Counted from the stretch's first letter, positions 19,310 through 29,527 are shown. The stretch is DNA of 64,000 nt from Nibricoccus sp. (GCA_047602425.1 JASGHG010000001.1:3584001-3648000); one strand, 5' to 3'. Numbers and translations: made by a program. Notes: generated from the sequence alone by a model not told the origin.

Positions 19310-20230
19310 CTAGATCACCCAGTCGCTCAGCTCTTCAATCAAAGCTTCCTTGCTCTTTTTCGGACGAATGATCGAGGCGGCGTCGCCTTGGTAATAGGCA
19401 ATGCTGTTGGGTGGCATCGATTGCATGAGCCAGACGTTGGAGCCGACCACGGAATTTTCGCCGACCACGGTATCACCACCAAGGATGGTGGCGCCGGGGT
19501 AAACGATCACATGGTCCTTGAGCTCGGGATGGCGTTTCACGCCTTTGACCGGGACGCCCTTGTCGTCGACGGCAAAGGATTTCGCGCCGAGGGTCACGCC
19601 TTGATAGATTTTGACGTGGTTGCCGATGCGCGCGGTTTCGCCGATGACGACGCCGGTGCAGTGGTCGATGAAGAAATGGCTGCCGATTTCGGCGCCGGGA
19701 TGGATGTCGGTGCCGGTGCGTTCATGCGCGTACTCCGTGAGCATGCGCGGAAGAAGCGGCACTCCGAGGCGGTAAAGAATATGGGCGATGCGTTGCAGCG
19801 AAATCACCAGCACGCATGGGTAGGATAGAATGATTTCCTCAACGCTGCGCGCGGCGGGATCGCCGGCATAAGCGGCGGCGACGTCTGTCTGCAAAATACG
19901 GCGGACGACCGGGAGTTGGGCGAGAAGATGGGTTGTGAGTTCGCGGGCGCGAGCGCTGGGATCGGCGTCGCGATTGAAACGCAGGCACTTTTCCAATTCC
20001 GCGGCCAGCCGGGTCTCGATTTTTTTAAGGAGCCCGTCGAGCATGCCCGGGACTTCCTTTTTGGAGAGGCAGCTTTCCTGAAAATAGCCCGGGAAGAGCA
20101 GATGCATGAAGTCGCGGGCGAGTTCATTAACCGATTCTTCGGCCGGAAGATTGATGCCGTCGAGGTGGTTGATGCCGCCGTCGGTTTCGTAAGAAGCGAG
20201 CAGGGCGCGTTTGATCTCGTCGTGCGTCAT
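19310..20230 (-). CDS. cysE: Serine O-acetyltransferase (EpsC-type)
   Basis: DPAARSVEEIILSYP, TGTDIHPGAEIG, IDHCTGVVIGET, KRHP. Confidence 0.92.
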   Translation of the reverse strand: MTHDEIKRALLASYETDGGINHLDGINLPAEESVNELARDFMHLLFPGYFQESCLSKKEVPGMLDGLLKKIETRLAAELEKCLRFNRDADPSARARELTTHLLAQLPVVRRILQTDVAAAYAGDPAARSVEEIILSYPCVLVISLQRIAHILYRLGVPLLPRMLTEYAHERTGTDIHPGAEIGSHFFIDHCTGVVIGETARIGNHVKIYQGVTLGAKSFAVDDKGVPVKGVKRHPELKDHVIVYPGATILGGDTVVGENSVVGSNVWLMQSMPPNSIAYYQGDAASIIRPKKSKEALIEELSDWVI

Positions 20231-20356
20231 GGCGTTGGGTGTGCGGTACATTTGCCAGTACGACGGGTGGGTCAAAACACATTTTGCGATTTTGCAATTT
20301 CCGGGCTTTACAAGGTCCGTGGGATGTCTCTTAGTCCGCCTTCCTCCGACTGGTAC

Positions 20357-20441
20357 GCTCAGGTGGTGGAATTGGTAGACACACACGTTTGAGGGGCGTG
20401 TGCCGTGAGGCGTAAGGGTTCGAGTCCCTTCCTGAGCACCA
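20357..20441 (+). tRNA. tRNA-Leu (GAG)
   Basis: Acceptor stem GCTCAGG/CCTGAGC plus ACCA; anticodon arm CACGT-TTGAGGG-GCGTG; long variable arm; GGTTCGAGTCC T-arm. Confidence 0.96.
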
Positions 20442-20626
20442 TTCCCAGTCGGCCGCAGATGGAAAAATCTTCTTTAACCATCGCTAATATGCCCCTTCCA
20501 GACGGGAAAACACGCTTGCTTCCCGGGGAGAGGCGTTAAATCGTAGCCCTCTTTCCCTAAGCACTCAGGACCTACACCTGCATCAACACCCCACGAGGGT
20601 ACCGCCCTCTTTTTTCCGCAAACCGC

Positions 20627-22537
20627 ATGGACGATTCAGCTCCCACCGAAAATCCTTCCAAGGATTTCAACAAACTCGACCTCACTCAACTTCAGGGCTT
20701 CAGCTTCGGCACCCAGTGGTCGCAGGACAAAGCCCCTGCCCGTGAAGGTCGCAATGATGACCGCCCTCGCCGTGACGACGATCGTCGTCGTGACAATGGC
20801 GGCCCCGGTGGCGACACCAAGCGTGACCGCCGTGGTTTCCGCAAGCCCGCCGGTCCCACAACCGACGACACCGCACCAAAGCCAGTCGACGGTGAGGCGC
20901 CTCGCAGCGAATTTCGCGGCGGTCCTCGTCGTGAAGGCGGTGGCCCCCGTGGTAACTTCCGTGGTGGCCCGCGTCGCGAAGGTGGCCCAGGTGGTCGTGG
21001 CGAACCTCGGGGCGATTTCCGCGGCGGTCCTCGTTCCGGTCCGCGCGAAGGTGGTTTTCAAGAACGCGATCGCGGTCCCTACATCAGCCCATTTTTCAAC
21101 GTTACGTTTTATCCCGAGGATGTCGGTTTTTCCGCGCTCGCAAAAGCCATTCGCACCTCCTGCCGCACGTACGAGCTTTTCGAAATCGCTCGTGTGATTA
21201 TTGGCAAAAACGACCGCTTCGTCGCCGTTATCCAGCGTAAATCTCCTGCTGAAACCGAAGCCGCTTCCGCGCAGACCAACCCCAACGCGGAGACTCCTGA
21301 AGTCGCCGCGATTCCGGTGGTCAAATCCGCGCCGATGGCGATTTCGATTCCAGACGGCGTGCCCTTTGAAAACGAAGAAGCCGCCATCGCCCACGTGATC
21401 GGCACGCACCTCGGTACGTTCTTCGACGCCGCGGAAGTCGAAGTCGACGCGCCCAAGGGCAATTTCCAAGTCATCAATAAGTGCACGATCACTGGCGAAC
21501 TTCTCGGGCCGCCGAATTACCATCGTTACAATCAGATCGTGCAGCAGCATCATGCGAACCGTGTCACGCGCATGTCGTTCGATGCCTTTCGCGCCCGCAT
21601 CGAAACCGTCCGCGATCCGGAAATCGTCAATCAGTGGCTGGCCAAAATGAAGAAGGCCACGCGTTATACTTGGAAACTCGCGCCTGCCGGCGAAACCGCC
21701 CCGGCCTTCGACACGCTCGAAGAGGCACGGATGTACCTGCTCACTCATTCCAAGGAAAAGGTCGTCAAGCTCGTCGAAAACGCGCGCTTCCACGGCAAAC
21801 TCCTCGAACAGCTTCCCCAAGGCGAAATCCGCCGCGCTCTCGAAGGCGCTTTGGAGCGTCAACGTCGTTTCCCGCTGGATACGGCCAACGCTCTCCGCGG
21901 TCGCCTGCGTCGCGAAGGTTTCACCATCTTCAAGAAGGGCTCGAAGGGCATTTCATATGTCTGCGCCGTAAAGCGCAAATTCCGTGTACCCGGCCAGACC
22001 TTCTCCGACACGATTGGAGCACTGATCTCGTTCATCGAGGCGACTCCGATGATCAAGGCGAGCGAGCTTCCACTGAAATTCCTTGGCATCAAACCGCCGG
22101 AAGCTCCCCCAGCCACGCCTGCGACCGAAGCCGGAACCGTTCCCCCGATCCAAACCAGCGGCACGCTTCCGCCTATCACGCCTGAAGCCGCCACCGCACT
22201 CACCGCCGAGGATCAGTCGAAGCTGACCCGCCTCAACGGCGACCTCCGCTGGCTCGTGACCGAAGGTTATGTAACCGAGTTTATCGACGGCCGCCTCTTT
22301 GCTGCGCCGCCGATGACCGAAGCCCGCAAGCAGGAAGTGGAAAAGGACGAACACGATCCCGAGAACTTCCCGGAAGCTCCGCAGACGACTCCGCCGATCC
22401 AGACCGCAGCCGCGAGCGAAGCCGCTCCGACCGCTGAAACGGTGGCCCCGGTCGAAGGCGAGACGCCTGCGGCCGAGGAAGCCGCTCCCGAGACGCCGGT
22501 TGCAGAATCAACCGAAACTACGTCCAAGACGGAATAA
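20627..22537 (+). CDS. Hypothetical protein with RGG-rich N-terminus and acidic C-terminal tail
   Basis: 636-aa ORF with strong codon bias; FRGGPR(R)E repeats; own terminator. Confidence 0.85.
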   Translation: MDDSAPTENPSKDFNKLDLTQLQGFSFGTQWSQDKAPAREGRNDDRPRRDDDRRRDNGGPGGDTKRDRRGFRKPAGPTTDDTAPKPVDGEAPRSEFRGGPRREGGGPRGNFRGGPRREGGPGGRGEPRGDFRGGPRSGPREGGFQERDRGPYISPFFNVTFYPEDVGFSALAKAIRTSCRTYELFEIARVIIGKNDRFVAVIQRKSPAETEAASAQTNPNAETPEVAAIPVVKSAPMAISIPDGVPFENEEAAIAHVIGTHLGTFFDAAEVEVDAPKGNFQVINKCTITGELLGPPNYHRYNQIVQQHHANRVTRMSFDAFRARIETVRDPEIVNQWLAKMKKATRYTWKLAPAGETAPAFDTLEEARMYLLTHSKEKVVKLVENARFHGKLLEQLPQGEIRRALEGALERQRRFPLDTANALRGRLRREGFTIFKKGSKGISYVCAVKRKFRVPGQTFSDTIGALISFIEATPMIKASELPLKFLGIKPPEAPPATPATEAGTVPPIQTSGTLPPITPEAATALTAEDQSKLTRLNGDLRWLVTEGYVTEFIDGRLFAAPPMTEARKQEVEKDEHDPENFPEAPQTTPPIQTAAASEAAPTAETVAPVEGETPAAEEAAPETPVAESTETTSKTE

Positions 22538-22566
22538 GCGTCATCACGACCAGCCCGAAATTTCCA

Positions 22567-22598
22567 AACGGCGGCCCAAAACGGCCGCCGTTTTTTTT
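22567..22598 (+). terminator. Rho-independent terminator
   Basis: AACGGCGGCC-caaaac-GGCCGCCGTT plus T-tract. Confidence 0.85.
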
Positions 22599-22705
22599 GT
22601 GCCAGCGAGGCACCTGCGGGGCATTCGTCGCACGCCTCGTTTTTTGCCTTGGAACAAGTGGTTCGGATGGATGACGGTGGAGGGCGCTGTGACCTCATCT
22701 CTGCC

Positions 22706-23056
22706 GTGAAAAAGACCAACGTCGTTCGCACTTACTATATTCTCCCTTGCTGCCTGTTGCTTCTCAATATTTGCAACAGCCTCGTTTCCTACAAAGCCGA
22801 CATGATTGGCAACCCGATCATACGCGTGTTTGTGATCATTTTCTTGGTCCTTGTGGGTAGTTCGCTGGTGGCCTATTTCGTCTCGCCGGCAATCGAAGGC
22901 GTGGTGCGTTCGCTTTACAAGAGCAGCGAAAAAAGCGCGGGCGGAGTGGGGCAGACCGTTTTCCTCGCAGGGCTGGGTATCCTGGTGTTTTTTCTCTACT
23001 ACCAGCTCTACATTCATGGCCCGGCGTCGCTGTTGCCCGCGGCTCTGAGGAACTAA
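22706..23056 (+). CDS. Small 3-TM membrane protein
   Basis: Three hydrophobic segments; GTG start at 22706 inferred. Confidence 0.65.
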   Translation: MKKTNVVRTYYILPCCLLLLNICNSLVSYKADMIGNPIIRVFVIIFLVLVGSSLVAYFVSPAIEGVVRSLYKSSEKSAGGVGQTVFLAGLGILVFFLYYQLYIHGPASLLPAALRN

Positions 23057-23067
23057 ACGGGCAAGAA

Positions 23068-23142
23068 TTTCACAGGAGGCAACGAAGGAAACAGAGAAAC
23101 CTTTGCGGGCGCTCTCCGTTCACTCTGTTTCCTTCTGTGAAA
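23068..23142. repeat. Inverted ~9-bp-period repeat element overlapping the gluQ stop
   Basis: TTTCACAGGAGGCAACGAAGGAAACAGAG / CTCCGTTCACTCTGTTTCCTTCTGTGAAA. Confidence 0.7.
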
Positions 23143-23992
23143 AGGATCGAGTGATTGATTCGGACGTTTTTCCAGACTCGCGCAATTTGCGCAGGCTGAG
23201 GGCATCATGGCGTTTGGCAAGGCGGACGCCGTTTTCGTCGTTCATCAACGGGCAATGGAAAAATTTTGGCGCGACATGCCCCAGCGCGCGATAGAGCAGG
23301 AGTTGGCGGAAAGTGGAAAGAATCAGGTCTGCGCCGCGCACGACTTCGGTGATTTGCATCGCGGCATCGTCCACGACGCAGGCGAGTTGGTAGCTGGGGG
23401 TGTCGTCTTTGCGCCAGACCAGAAAATCGCCAAAGTCCCGGCCGACGATCGCATATTGGCGGCCGAAATATCCATCGTCGAAGGCAAGCGTTTCTCCATC
23501 GGGCACGCGCAGCCGCCAGTTGGTATTGATCACGTCACCCAACGGTGGCAGTGGTGTGTCGGCGGGTGGACGGAATTGTGGTGGATAAATGGGTTCGTCG
23601 AGCTCTCGTCCCGCTTCATGCGGAGCGCGCGCGGCGTCGAGAACGTCGCGACGTGAGCGCGTGCAGGGGAAAATCAGGCCGGCGGCATGAAGCTTTTCGA
23701 GCGCGGCGCGATAGATGGGACGGCGCTCACTCTGGTTGTATGGCCCGTGCGGACCGCCGATGTCGGGGCCTTCTTCCCAGCGAAAACCGAGCCAATGCAA
23801 GTCGTCGATCATCGAGGCGACGAAATCGAGTCGGAAGCGTTGGGCATCCAAATCTTCGTTGCGCAGGACGAGTGTTCCATCGGCCTTTCGGGCGCGTTCG
23901 GCGGCGAACCAAAACGTACGTGCGTGCCCTAGATGCAAATGCCCGGTGGGCGAAGGCGCGAGACGGCCGCGATAGTTGGAGGAGGTTGCCAC
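23120..23992 (-). CDS. gluQ: Glutamyl-queuosine tRNA(Asp) synthetase
   Basis: RLAPSPTGHLHLGH, YQLACVVDD, VVRGADL, RLAKR; no anticodon-binding domain. Confidence 0.88.
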   Translation of the reverse strand: MATSSNYRGRLAPSPTGHLHLGHARTFWFAAERARKADGTLVLRNEDLDAQRFRLDFVASMIDDLHWLGFRWEEGPDIGGPHGPYNQSERRPIYRAALEKLHAAGLIFPCTRSRRDVLDAARAPHEAGRELDEPIYPPQFRPPADTPLPPLGDVINTNWRLRVPDGETLAFDDGYFGRQYAIVGRDFGDFLVWRKDDTPSYQLACVVDDAAMQITEVVRGADLILSTFRQLLLYRALGHVAPKFFHCPLMNDENGVRLAKRHDALSLRKLRESGKTSESITRSFSQKETE

Positions 23993-24004
23993 GTTTTTTT
24001 TGGA

Positions 24005-24107
24005 AACCGCGAATGAACGCGAATGAACGCGAAAATCCAAACCAGAAAGATTCGCCGGAGTGTGGAGTTTTCTCAAAATTAGCGTGAATTCGCGTCCATT
24101 CGCGGTT
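24005..24107. repeat. Inverted 10-bp-period repeat element
   Basis: AACCGCGAATGAACGCGAATGAACGCGAA / TTAGCGTGAATTCGCGTCCATTCGCGGTT. Confidence 0.8.
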
Positions 24108-24118
24108 CAAAATTCCGC

Positions 24119-24697
24119 ATGCAGAAATCGCTCTGTGTTTACTGTGCTTCCAGCGACCGGCTTGATCCGAAATACGCGGCTGCGGCTACGCTGCTCGGTC
24201 AGGAAATGGCCAAGCGTGGCTGGGGTCTCGTTTACGGCGGTGGCAAGGTCGGTCTCATGGGCGCGGTGGCAAAAGCCGTTAAGGCATCGGACGGGCGCGT
24301 CGTGGGTGTGATACCGGAGTTTATGAAGGCCAAGGAACTCGCCTACGACGAAGCCGACGAAATGCATACGGTCGTGACGATGCGCGAGCGGAAGCTGCTG
24401 ATGGAGACGAAGGCCGACGCGTTTGTGACTCTGCCGGGTGGTTGGGGTACGTTGGAGGAGATTATGGAAATCCTCACGTTGCGCCAGCTCGACGTGCTGC
24501 GGAAGCCGGTCGTGATTTTTAATCAGGACGGTTTTTACGATGATCTACTAAAATTTTTTAACCGCATGATCGTCGAGAAATTCAACAAACCGTCGAACTT
24601 GGAGCTCTTCACGGTAGCAAGAACGGTGGACGAAATTTTTAAACAACTCGAAGTCGGTGCGGTGACAGCCGAAACGAAATGGTTTGTGACAACTTGA
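24119..24697 (+). CDS. LOG-family nucleotide phosphoribohydrolase
   Basis: LVYGGGKVGLMG, MRERK, PGGWGTLEE. Confidence 0.92.
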   Translation: MQKSLCVYCASSDRLDPKYAAAATLLGQEMAKRGWGLVYGGGKVGLMGAVAKAVKASDGRVVGVIPEFMKAKELAYDEADEMHTVVTMRERKLLMETKADAFVTLPGGWGTLEEIMEILTLRQLDVLRKPVVIFNQDGFYDDLLKFFNRMIVEKFNKPSNLELFTVARTVDEIFKQLEVGAVTAETKWFVTT

Positions 24698-24713
24698 AGT
24701 TTTTCCAACCACG

Positions 24714-24848
24714 GCCACAGAGTGCACAGAGCTCGGACACAGAGGGCACAGAGACCGCAAACACTGCCGTGTCCCTTCACCATCGAGACATTACTTTGTG
24801 CGGTTTTTTTTCGTGAACTCTGTGTCCGAGCTTTGTGTTCTCTTTGGC
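24714..24848. repeat. Inverted CACAGAG-unit repeat element
   Basis: GCCACAGAGTGCACAGAGCTCGGACACAGAGGGCACAGAG / ...CTCTGTGTCCGAGCTTTGTGTTCTCTTTGGC. Confidence 0.8.
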
Positions 24849-24864
24849 TAACTCCGAAAATTAT

Positions 24865-25419
24865 ATGAATGACCCTCGTGAACTTGTCCTGAAACTGCTG
24901 CGTGCCCATGCGACTAAACCGCTCGATGCCCACGAGGCGACGATGGCAGCGGATATGATTCGTTTCGTCGAGGAGCATCCCAACTGTGCGGAACGTTCGC
25001 TTCAAGTGGGTCATTTGACCGGTTCGGCTTGGATCGTGGATCGGGAACGCAAACGGACGTTGCTTACACATCACCGGAAATTGAATAAATGGCTTCAGCT
25101 CGGCGGCCACGCCGACGGGGAACTCAATCCGTTGGAGGTGGCGCTGCGTGAGGCGCGGGAGGAATCCGGACTCACGAAATTGCGTGTGATTTCAGAGGGA
25201 ATTTTCGATGTTGATCGTCACCTGATTCCCGCCCGCAAAACCGATCCCGATCACTTCCACTACGACATCCGTTTCATGATCGAGGCCGATTGCGAGGAGC
25301 CTTTGCTCATCTCGGACGAATCGCACGACCTGGCGTGGATCGAGATCGCTCGCATGGCCGATTACAATGCCGAGGAGTCAATGCTCCGCATGGCGCGGAA
25401 GACGCTGCAGCAAAATTGA
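24865..25419 (+). CDS. NUDIX hydrolase
   Basis: GGHADGE...ALREAREESGL Nudix box. Confidence 0.9.
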   Translation: MNDPRELVLKLLRAHATKPLDAHEATMAADMIRFVEEHPNCAERSLQVGHLTGSAWIVDRERKRTLLTHHRKLNKWLQLGGHADGELNPLEVALREAREESGLTKLRVISEGIFDVDRHLIPARKTDPDHFHYDIRFMIEADCEEPLLISDESHDLAWIEIARMADYNAEESMLRMARKTLQQN

Positions 25420-25468
25420 AACGCTGCGCTGGTCGCGATATCATTGCGACGCCTCGGAGTGGCGCCGA

Positions 25469-25951
25469 TCAATCAGCGAATAACAGCGGCTGGTTCTTTT
25501 TCGCCACGTAGAGCGGATGCTTCGGTTGGCCGCTGGCGTTGCGTTCGAGGCAGAAAGTTTTGCGGCGATCGAGCAGAGCTAGCACTTGCTCATGGCGACC
25601 GAGGTGGGCTCCGTGTTCGCCCCAGCCAATCATCACGCGGTCGACTTTATCGCTCCAGTGCTTGATCCACTTATCATTGTCGGGACCGATTGGATCGGCA
25701 GAGGCCTTCATGTGGGCAGGATCGGTCGCGCGCCAGGCGAAGGCATTGAGCATGACGAAAAACGAGTAACCCCAGGTGGCGGAAAAATCGCGGATGCGGC
25801 GCAACGTAGGGTCGAGTTGATGTTCGTCGGCCGTGCTGGGATTGAGGCAAATCCACGCGATGCCATGGTTGGGATTTAGCATTTCGTCCCAGCGATGGAT
25901 TAGGGTGTAGCGATGAAGGCGATCAGCGGAAAAAACGCACTCGTTAGGCAT
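25469..25951 (-). CDS. DUF1643-family protein
   Basis: LNPSTAD, DPT, N.FA.RATDP, PKHPLY. Confidence 0.8.
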   Translation of the reverse strand: MPNECVFSADRLHRYTLIHRWDEMLNPNHGIAWICLNPSTADEHQLDPTLRRIRDFSATWGYSFFVMLNAFAWRATDPAHMKASADPIGPDNDKWIKHWSDKVDRVMIGWGEHGAHLGRHEQVLALLDRRKTFCLERNASGQPKHPLYVAKKNQPLLFAD

Positions 25952-26052
25952 GGTGGCAGCCTGATAAAAACAACCGTGCGGTCGGTTACAATCTTCCCTT
26001 CGCGGCGCCTGAGGGCGGTCGCGTTTTTAACGCAGTATGTCGCGTTGCTCGT

Positions 26053-26232
26053 TCACGCTTTGGCGTCGAGCAGTTTGCCAACCTTGGCGGAGTCCGGGAT
26101 GTCAGAGGAGGGCATGGCTGATTCGATCAGCTGCAATACCTGACCCTGTTCGGCGTTGATGGCCTTCTTGAACAACAACGCCTGCTGGATCTCAGTCGCC
26201 TGGGCGGCAGAAGATGTGGAAGAGATTTCCAT
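26053..26232 (-). CDS. Small YjfB-like (putative motility) protein
   Basis: KKAIN....VLQLIES...GKLLDAKA pattern; 59 aa. Confidence 0.6.
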   Translation of the reverse strand: MEISSTSSAAQATEIQQALLFKKAINAEQGQVLQLIESAMPSSDIPDSAKVGKLLDAKA

Positions 26233-26280
26233 GTGCAAGAGGTTAGCACTAAGCTACAGGGGCGCCATGGGGGAGTTTCC

Positions 26281-27351
26281 TCATTTTGTGGCGTTGGAAA
26301 TCCCTGCCGCGTTTTGGCGCTCGCGCAATTGTCCACAGGCGGCGTCGATGTCCCGGCCGCGTGGTCGCCGGAAGTGGGTCACCACGCCATGGTTACGGAG
26401 AATGGTTACAAAATTATCGGCGATTTCACGCTCGGTCGGTTCGTAACTGATGCCCCGCAAGCCGACGCCGGTCGGATTGTAGTGCAACAAGTTTACGTGC
26501 ATCCGTCGTCCGGTTAGCAACGCCGCGAGCTGGTGTGCTTGCTCGGGCGAATCGTTCACACCCTTGAGCAGGCAATACTGGATCGAAAGCGGGTGGCCGG
26601 TGCTGGTTTGGAAGCGATCCGCGGCGGCGAGCACATCGTCGATGCCGAACCTTTTGCCTGCGGGAATAAGTTTTTCGCGCGTCGTGTCATCGGGCGCATG
26701 CAGCGACAGCGCGAGGTTCACATTCAAGTCGGCGGCCCTCAGCGCGTCGATGCCGGGCACGATGCCGACGGTCGAAACCGTCACCTGACGCCAGCCGAGC
26801 GAACCGAGGTCGTTGCTGGCGAGGCGGCGGATCGCGGCGATGACGTTGTCCAGGTTGAGCATCGGTTCGCCCATGCCCATGAAAACGACCGTTTGCAGCT
26901 TACGCCCTGAGGCGAGCGCTTCGCGACGCAGGGCGAGAAATTGCTCAACCATTTCACCGGCGGTAAGATTGCGCTCAAAGCCCGTTTTTGTTGTCGCACA
27001 AAAATCGCAGCCCATCGCACAACCGACCTGCGAGGAGATACAGCCCGCGGCACGATCGTCGCGGTAGTCAGGCATCAAGACCGACTCGACCGTGCGGCCG
27101 TCGTCGAGGCGAAGCAGGAGTTTAATTGTGCCGTCCTCAGCTTGCTGACGCGCTGCGAGGCTGGTGAGTTGACGCGCTTCGGTGGCGATTTTTTTGCGAA
27201 GCGCGAGCGGGGCGCGCAATCCGTCCCAGGAAATTTCGCCGCCACCCGCATAGAAGGCGCGCAGAAGCGGCCCGGCGTGCGAGGGCTTGAAGCCCCACGC
27301 GGTGAGTTGGGCCTGAAACGAAGCGAGATCGTAGTCTGCGAGTGCGAACAC
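26281..27351 (-). CDS. rlmN: Radical SAM RNA methyltransferase RlmN
   Basis: SSQVGCAMGCDFC, FMGMGEP, SLHA, DIDAACGQL. Confidence 0.88.
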   Translation of the reverse strand: MFALADYDLASFQAQLTAWGFKPSHAGPLLRAFYAGGGEISWDGLRAPLALRKKIATEARQLTSLAARQQAEDGTIKLLLRLDDGRTVESVLMPDYRDDRAAGCISSQVGCAMGCDFCATTKTGFERNLTAGEMVEQFLALRREALASGRKLQTVVFMGMGEPMLNLDNVIAAIRRLASNDLGSLGWRQVTVSTVGIVPGIDALRAADLNVNLALSLHAPDDTTREKLIPAGKRFGIDDVLAAADRFQTSTGHPLSIQYCLLKGVNDSPEQAHQLAALLTGRRMHVNLLHYNPTGVGLRGISYEPTEREIADNFVTILRNHGVVTHFRRPRGRDIDAACGQLRERQNAAGISNATK

Positions 27352-27480
27352 GCAGGAGATCAACGCAACGTTTCGGCGCGTTGCCAAGTCGGAGCTGTGC
27401 GATGCGTTCTTTTTGACTGTCCCGTAAAAGCGCGGAAAATTCAGATAGCTTCCGAGGACGCCTCGACGCATTTCATTTCC

Positions 27481-29457
27481 ATGTGCTTAAAAATACCCCG
27501 TTTCAGCTGCCGCTGGTTTGTTGTGATGATTTTTCCCCTACTGGCGCTTCAGCTCGTTGCTGGCAAAACGCTGGGCGGGCTTCGCAGTCCAAATCAACGG
27601 CTGCACGTTATTTTCGAACTCAATGCCGCTGGCGAACCGGGATATTCCGCGACACTCGATGACAAACCTATACTACAATCCTCCAAGCTTGGCGTCGTGC
27701 GCGACGACGCGGATTTTACCAAAGGCTTGAAAATTCTTTCGTGCGGCAAGATCGAGTCGGTGACGGATCAGTACGAAATCCTCACGACCAAACGCCGCGT
27801 GAACACCTACGCCGCCAATCGTCAAGTGTTTCATCTCACTGCGGCGGGTGGTCAGCCGATAGATATCATCTTTCAGGTGTCGGACGACGGTTTTGCATTC
27901 CGCTACTTTTTCCCGGAGGACCCAAAATCGTCCGGCGTTCGCAAGCTGAGCGAAGAGCATTCGTCATTTCATTTTCTACCTGGAACGAAGGCCTGGCTCC
28001 AACCGATGTCTGTCGCCAAAACCGGCTGGAAACGCACGAATCCATCCTACGAGGAATATTATCAAAAAGGAATTGATGTCGGCACGACATCGACACTCGG
28101 CGCCGGCTGGGTTTATCCTGCGCTTTTCCGCTCCGGGGAAACATGGCTGCTGGTGAGCGAGAGTTCGTTGCCACGCAATTATTGCGGCACGCGTCTGCGG
28201 CATGAATCGCCGGGCGGCGAATATTTTGTGGGGTTTCCTGATTCCCGAGAGGTTTTCCAGAATGGTCCCTGCAATCCCGAATCGAAACTGCCATGGCTTA
28301 CCCCTTGGCGCTTGGTGGTGGTTGGAGACTTGCGCACGATTGTCGAATCCACACTCGGCGTTGATCTGGCCGACAAACCTGCGCAAGAGACCGTCGTCGT
28401 CCCGCGCCCGGGCAAGGCTTCGTGGAGCTGGCCGCTGTTGGGCGACAGTCAGACGGTGTATGAGGTGCAGAAGAAGTTCGTCGATTACGCGGCCGAGATG
28501 AAGTGGCGGTATTGCCTCATTGATGCGGAATGGGACAATCAAATTGGCGACGAAAAAATGAAAACGTTAGTCGATTATGCGTGCACAAAAAACGTCGCGA
28601 TTTTGCTTTGGTATAATTCCAACGGCGACTGGAATGACGCGCCGCAAACGCCACGCCATCGCTTGCTCACCCGCGAGCTTCGCATGGCGGAATTCGAAAA
28701 GTTGAAGGCCATGGGCGTGGCGGGTTTGAAGATCGATTTCTTCGGCGGCGACGGTCAGTCGATGATCGGGTATTACCATGACATTTTGCAGGACGCTGTG
28801 CCCTACGGTTTCATGATCAACTTCCATGGCGCCACGTTACCGCGAGGCTGGCAGCGCGCTTACCCGAACCTCATGACAATGGAAGCAATCAAGGGTTTGG
28901 AGTTTATCACCTTCGATCAGAAAAACGCCGACGAGGAGCCCGCGCATGCGACGATGTTGCCTTTTACGCGCAATGTTTTCGACCCGATGGATTTCACGCC
29001 AATGGTGCTGGATCGCATCAGCGATCGTATTCATCGCCGCACTACGGCGGCGTTCGAACTCGCGCTTGCTGTCGTGTTTACCTCGGGTATTCAACACTAC
29101 GCGGAAATTCCCTCTGGCATGGCCAAGGCGCCGGAATATGTCAGAGAATTTTTGAAAACAGTGCCGGAAGTTTGGGACGACGTGCGTTTCATCGATGGTT
29201 TTCCGGGAAAATTCGCCGTCCTGGCCAGAAAAGGCGATGGACGATGGTTCGTCGCCGGTATCAATGGCGAGCCGGATAAAAAGGAGCTGACGCTCGACCT
29301 AAACCGCCTGAATGCAGCAGGCGTGAAGGGCACCTTGATTGCGGAAGGGGTGGGCAACGACCTGTGCCTGAGAAAAGAGGAGGTTCAGCTGGGTTTGGAC
29401 AGAAAAATCAAAATCACACTCATGCCCAACGGTGGTTTCGTACTGTTGTTAGAATGA
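27481..29457 (+). CDS. Glycoside hydrolase family 97
   Basis: Signal peptide; PGKASWSW, GLKIDF, NFHG, R.YPN, MDFTP. Confidence 0.88.
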   Translation: MCLKIPRFSCRWFVVMIFPLLALQLVAGKTLGGLRSPNQRLHVIFELNAAGEPGYSATLDDKPILQSSKLGVVRDDADFTKGLKILSCGKIESVTDQYEILTTKRRVNTYAANRQVFHLTAAGGQPIDIIFQVSDDGFAFRYFFPEDPKSSGVRKLSEEHSSFHFLPGTKAWLQPMSVAKTGWKRTNPSYEEYYQKGIDVGTTSTLGAGWVYPALFRSGETWLLVSESSLPRNYCGTRLRHESPGGEYFVGFPDSREVFQNGPCNPESKLPWLTPWRLVVVGDLRTIVESTLGVDLADKPAQETVVVPRPGKASWSWPLLGDSQTVYEVQKKFVDYAAEMKWRYCLIDAEWDNQIGDEKMKTLVDYACTKNVAILLWYNSNGDWNDAPQTPRHRLLTRELRMAEFEKLKAMGVAGLKIDFFGGDGQSMIGYYHDILQDAVPYGFMINFHGATLPRGWQRAYPNLMTMEAIKGLEFITFDQKNADEEPAHATMLPFTRNVFDPMDFTPMVLDRISDRIHRRTTAAFELALAVVFTSGIQHYAEIPSGMAKAPEYVREFLKTVPEVWDDVRFIDGFPGKFAVLARKGDGRWFVAGINGEPDKKELTLDLNRLNAAGVKGTLIAEGVGNDLCLRKEEVQLGLDRKIKITLMPNGGFVLLLE

Positions 29458-29527
29458 GAATTGAGCCCGACCGTAAGGCGCACCGGAGCAAACGGATGTC
29501 GAGACACGTCGGTTTTCCACCGAAAAA

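Noticed and set aside
20357..20620. tRNA-Leu as an integration site for an island
   Set aside because: No integrase and no duplicated tRNA 3' end noticed; the downstream gene looks native
26243..26270. TTAGCACT resembling a CIRCE half-site
   Set aside because: No correctly spaced second half, and not upstream of the chaperone genes
26281..27351. Cfr-type resistance methyltransferase
   Set aside because: Motifs fit the RlmN/Cfr family, but nothing visible favours Cfr and the context is not mobile; a phylogeny would be needed
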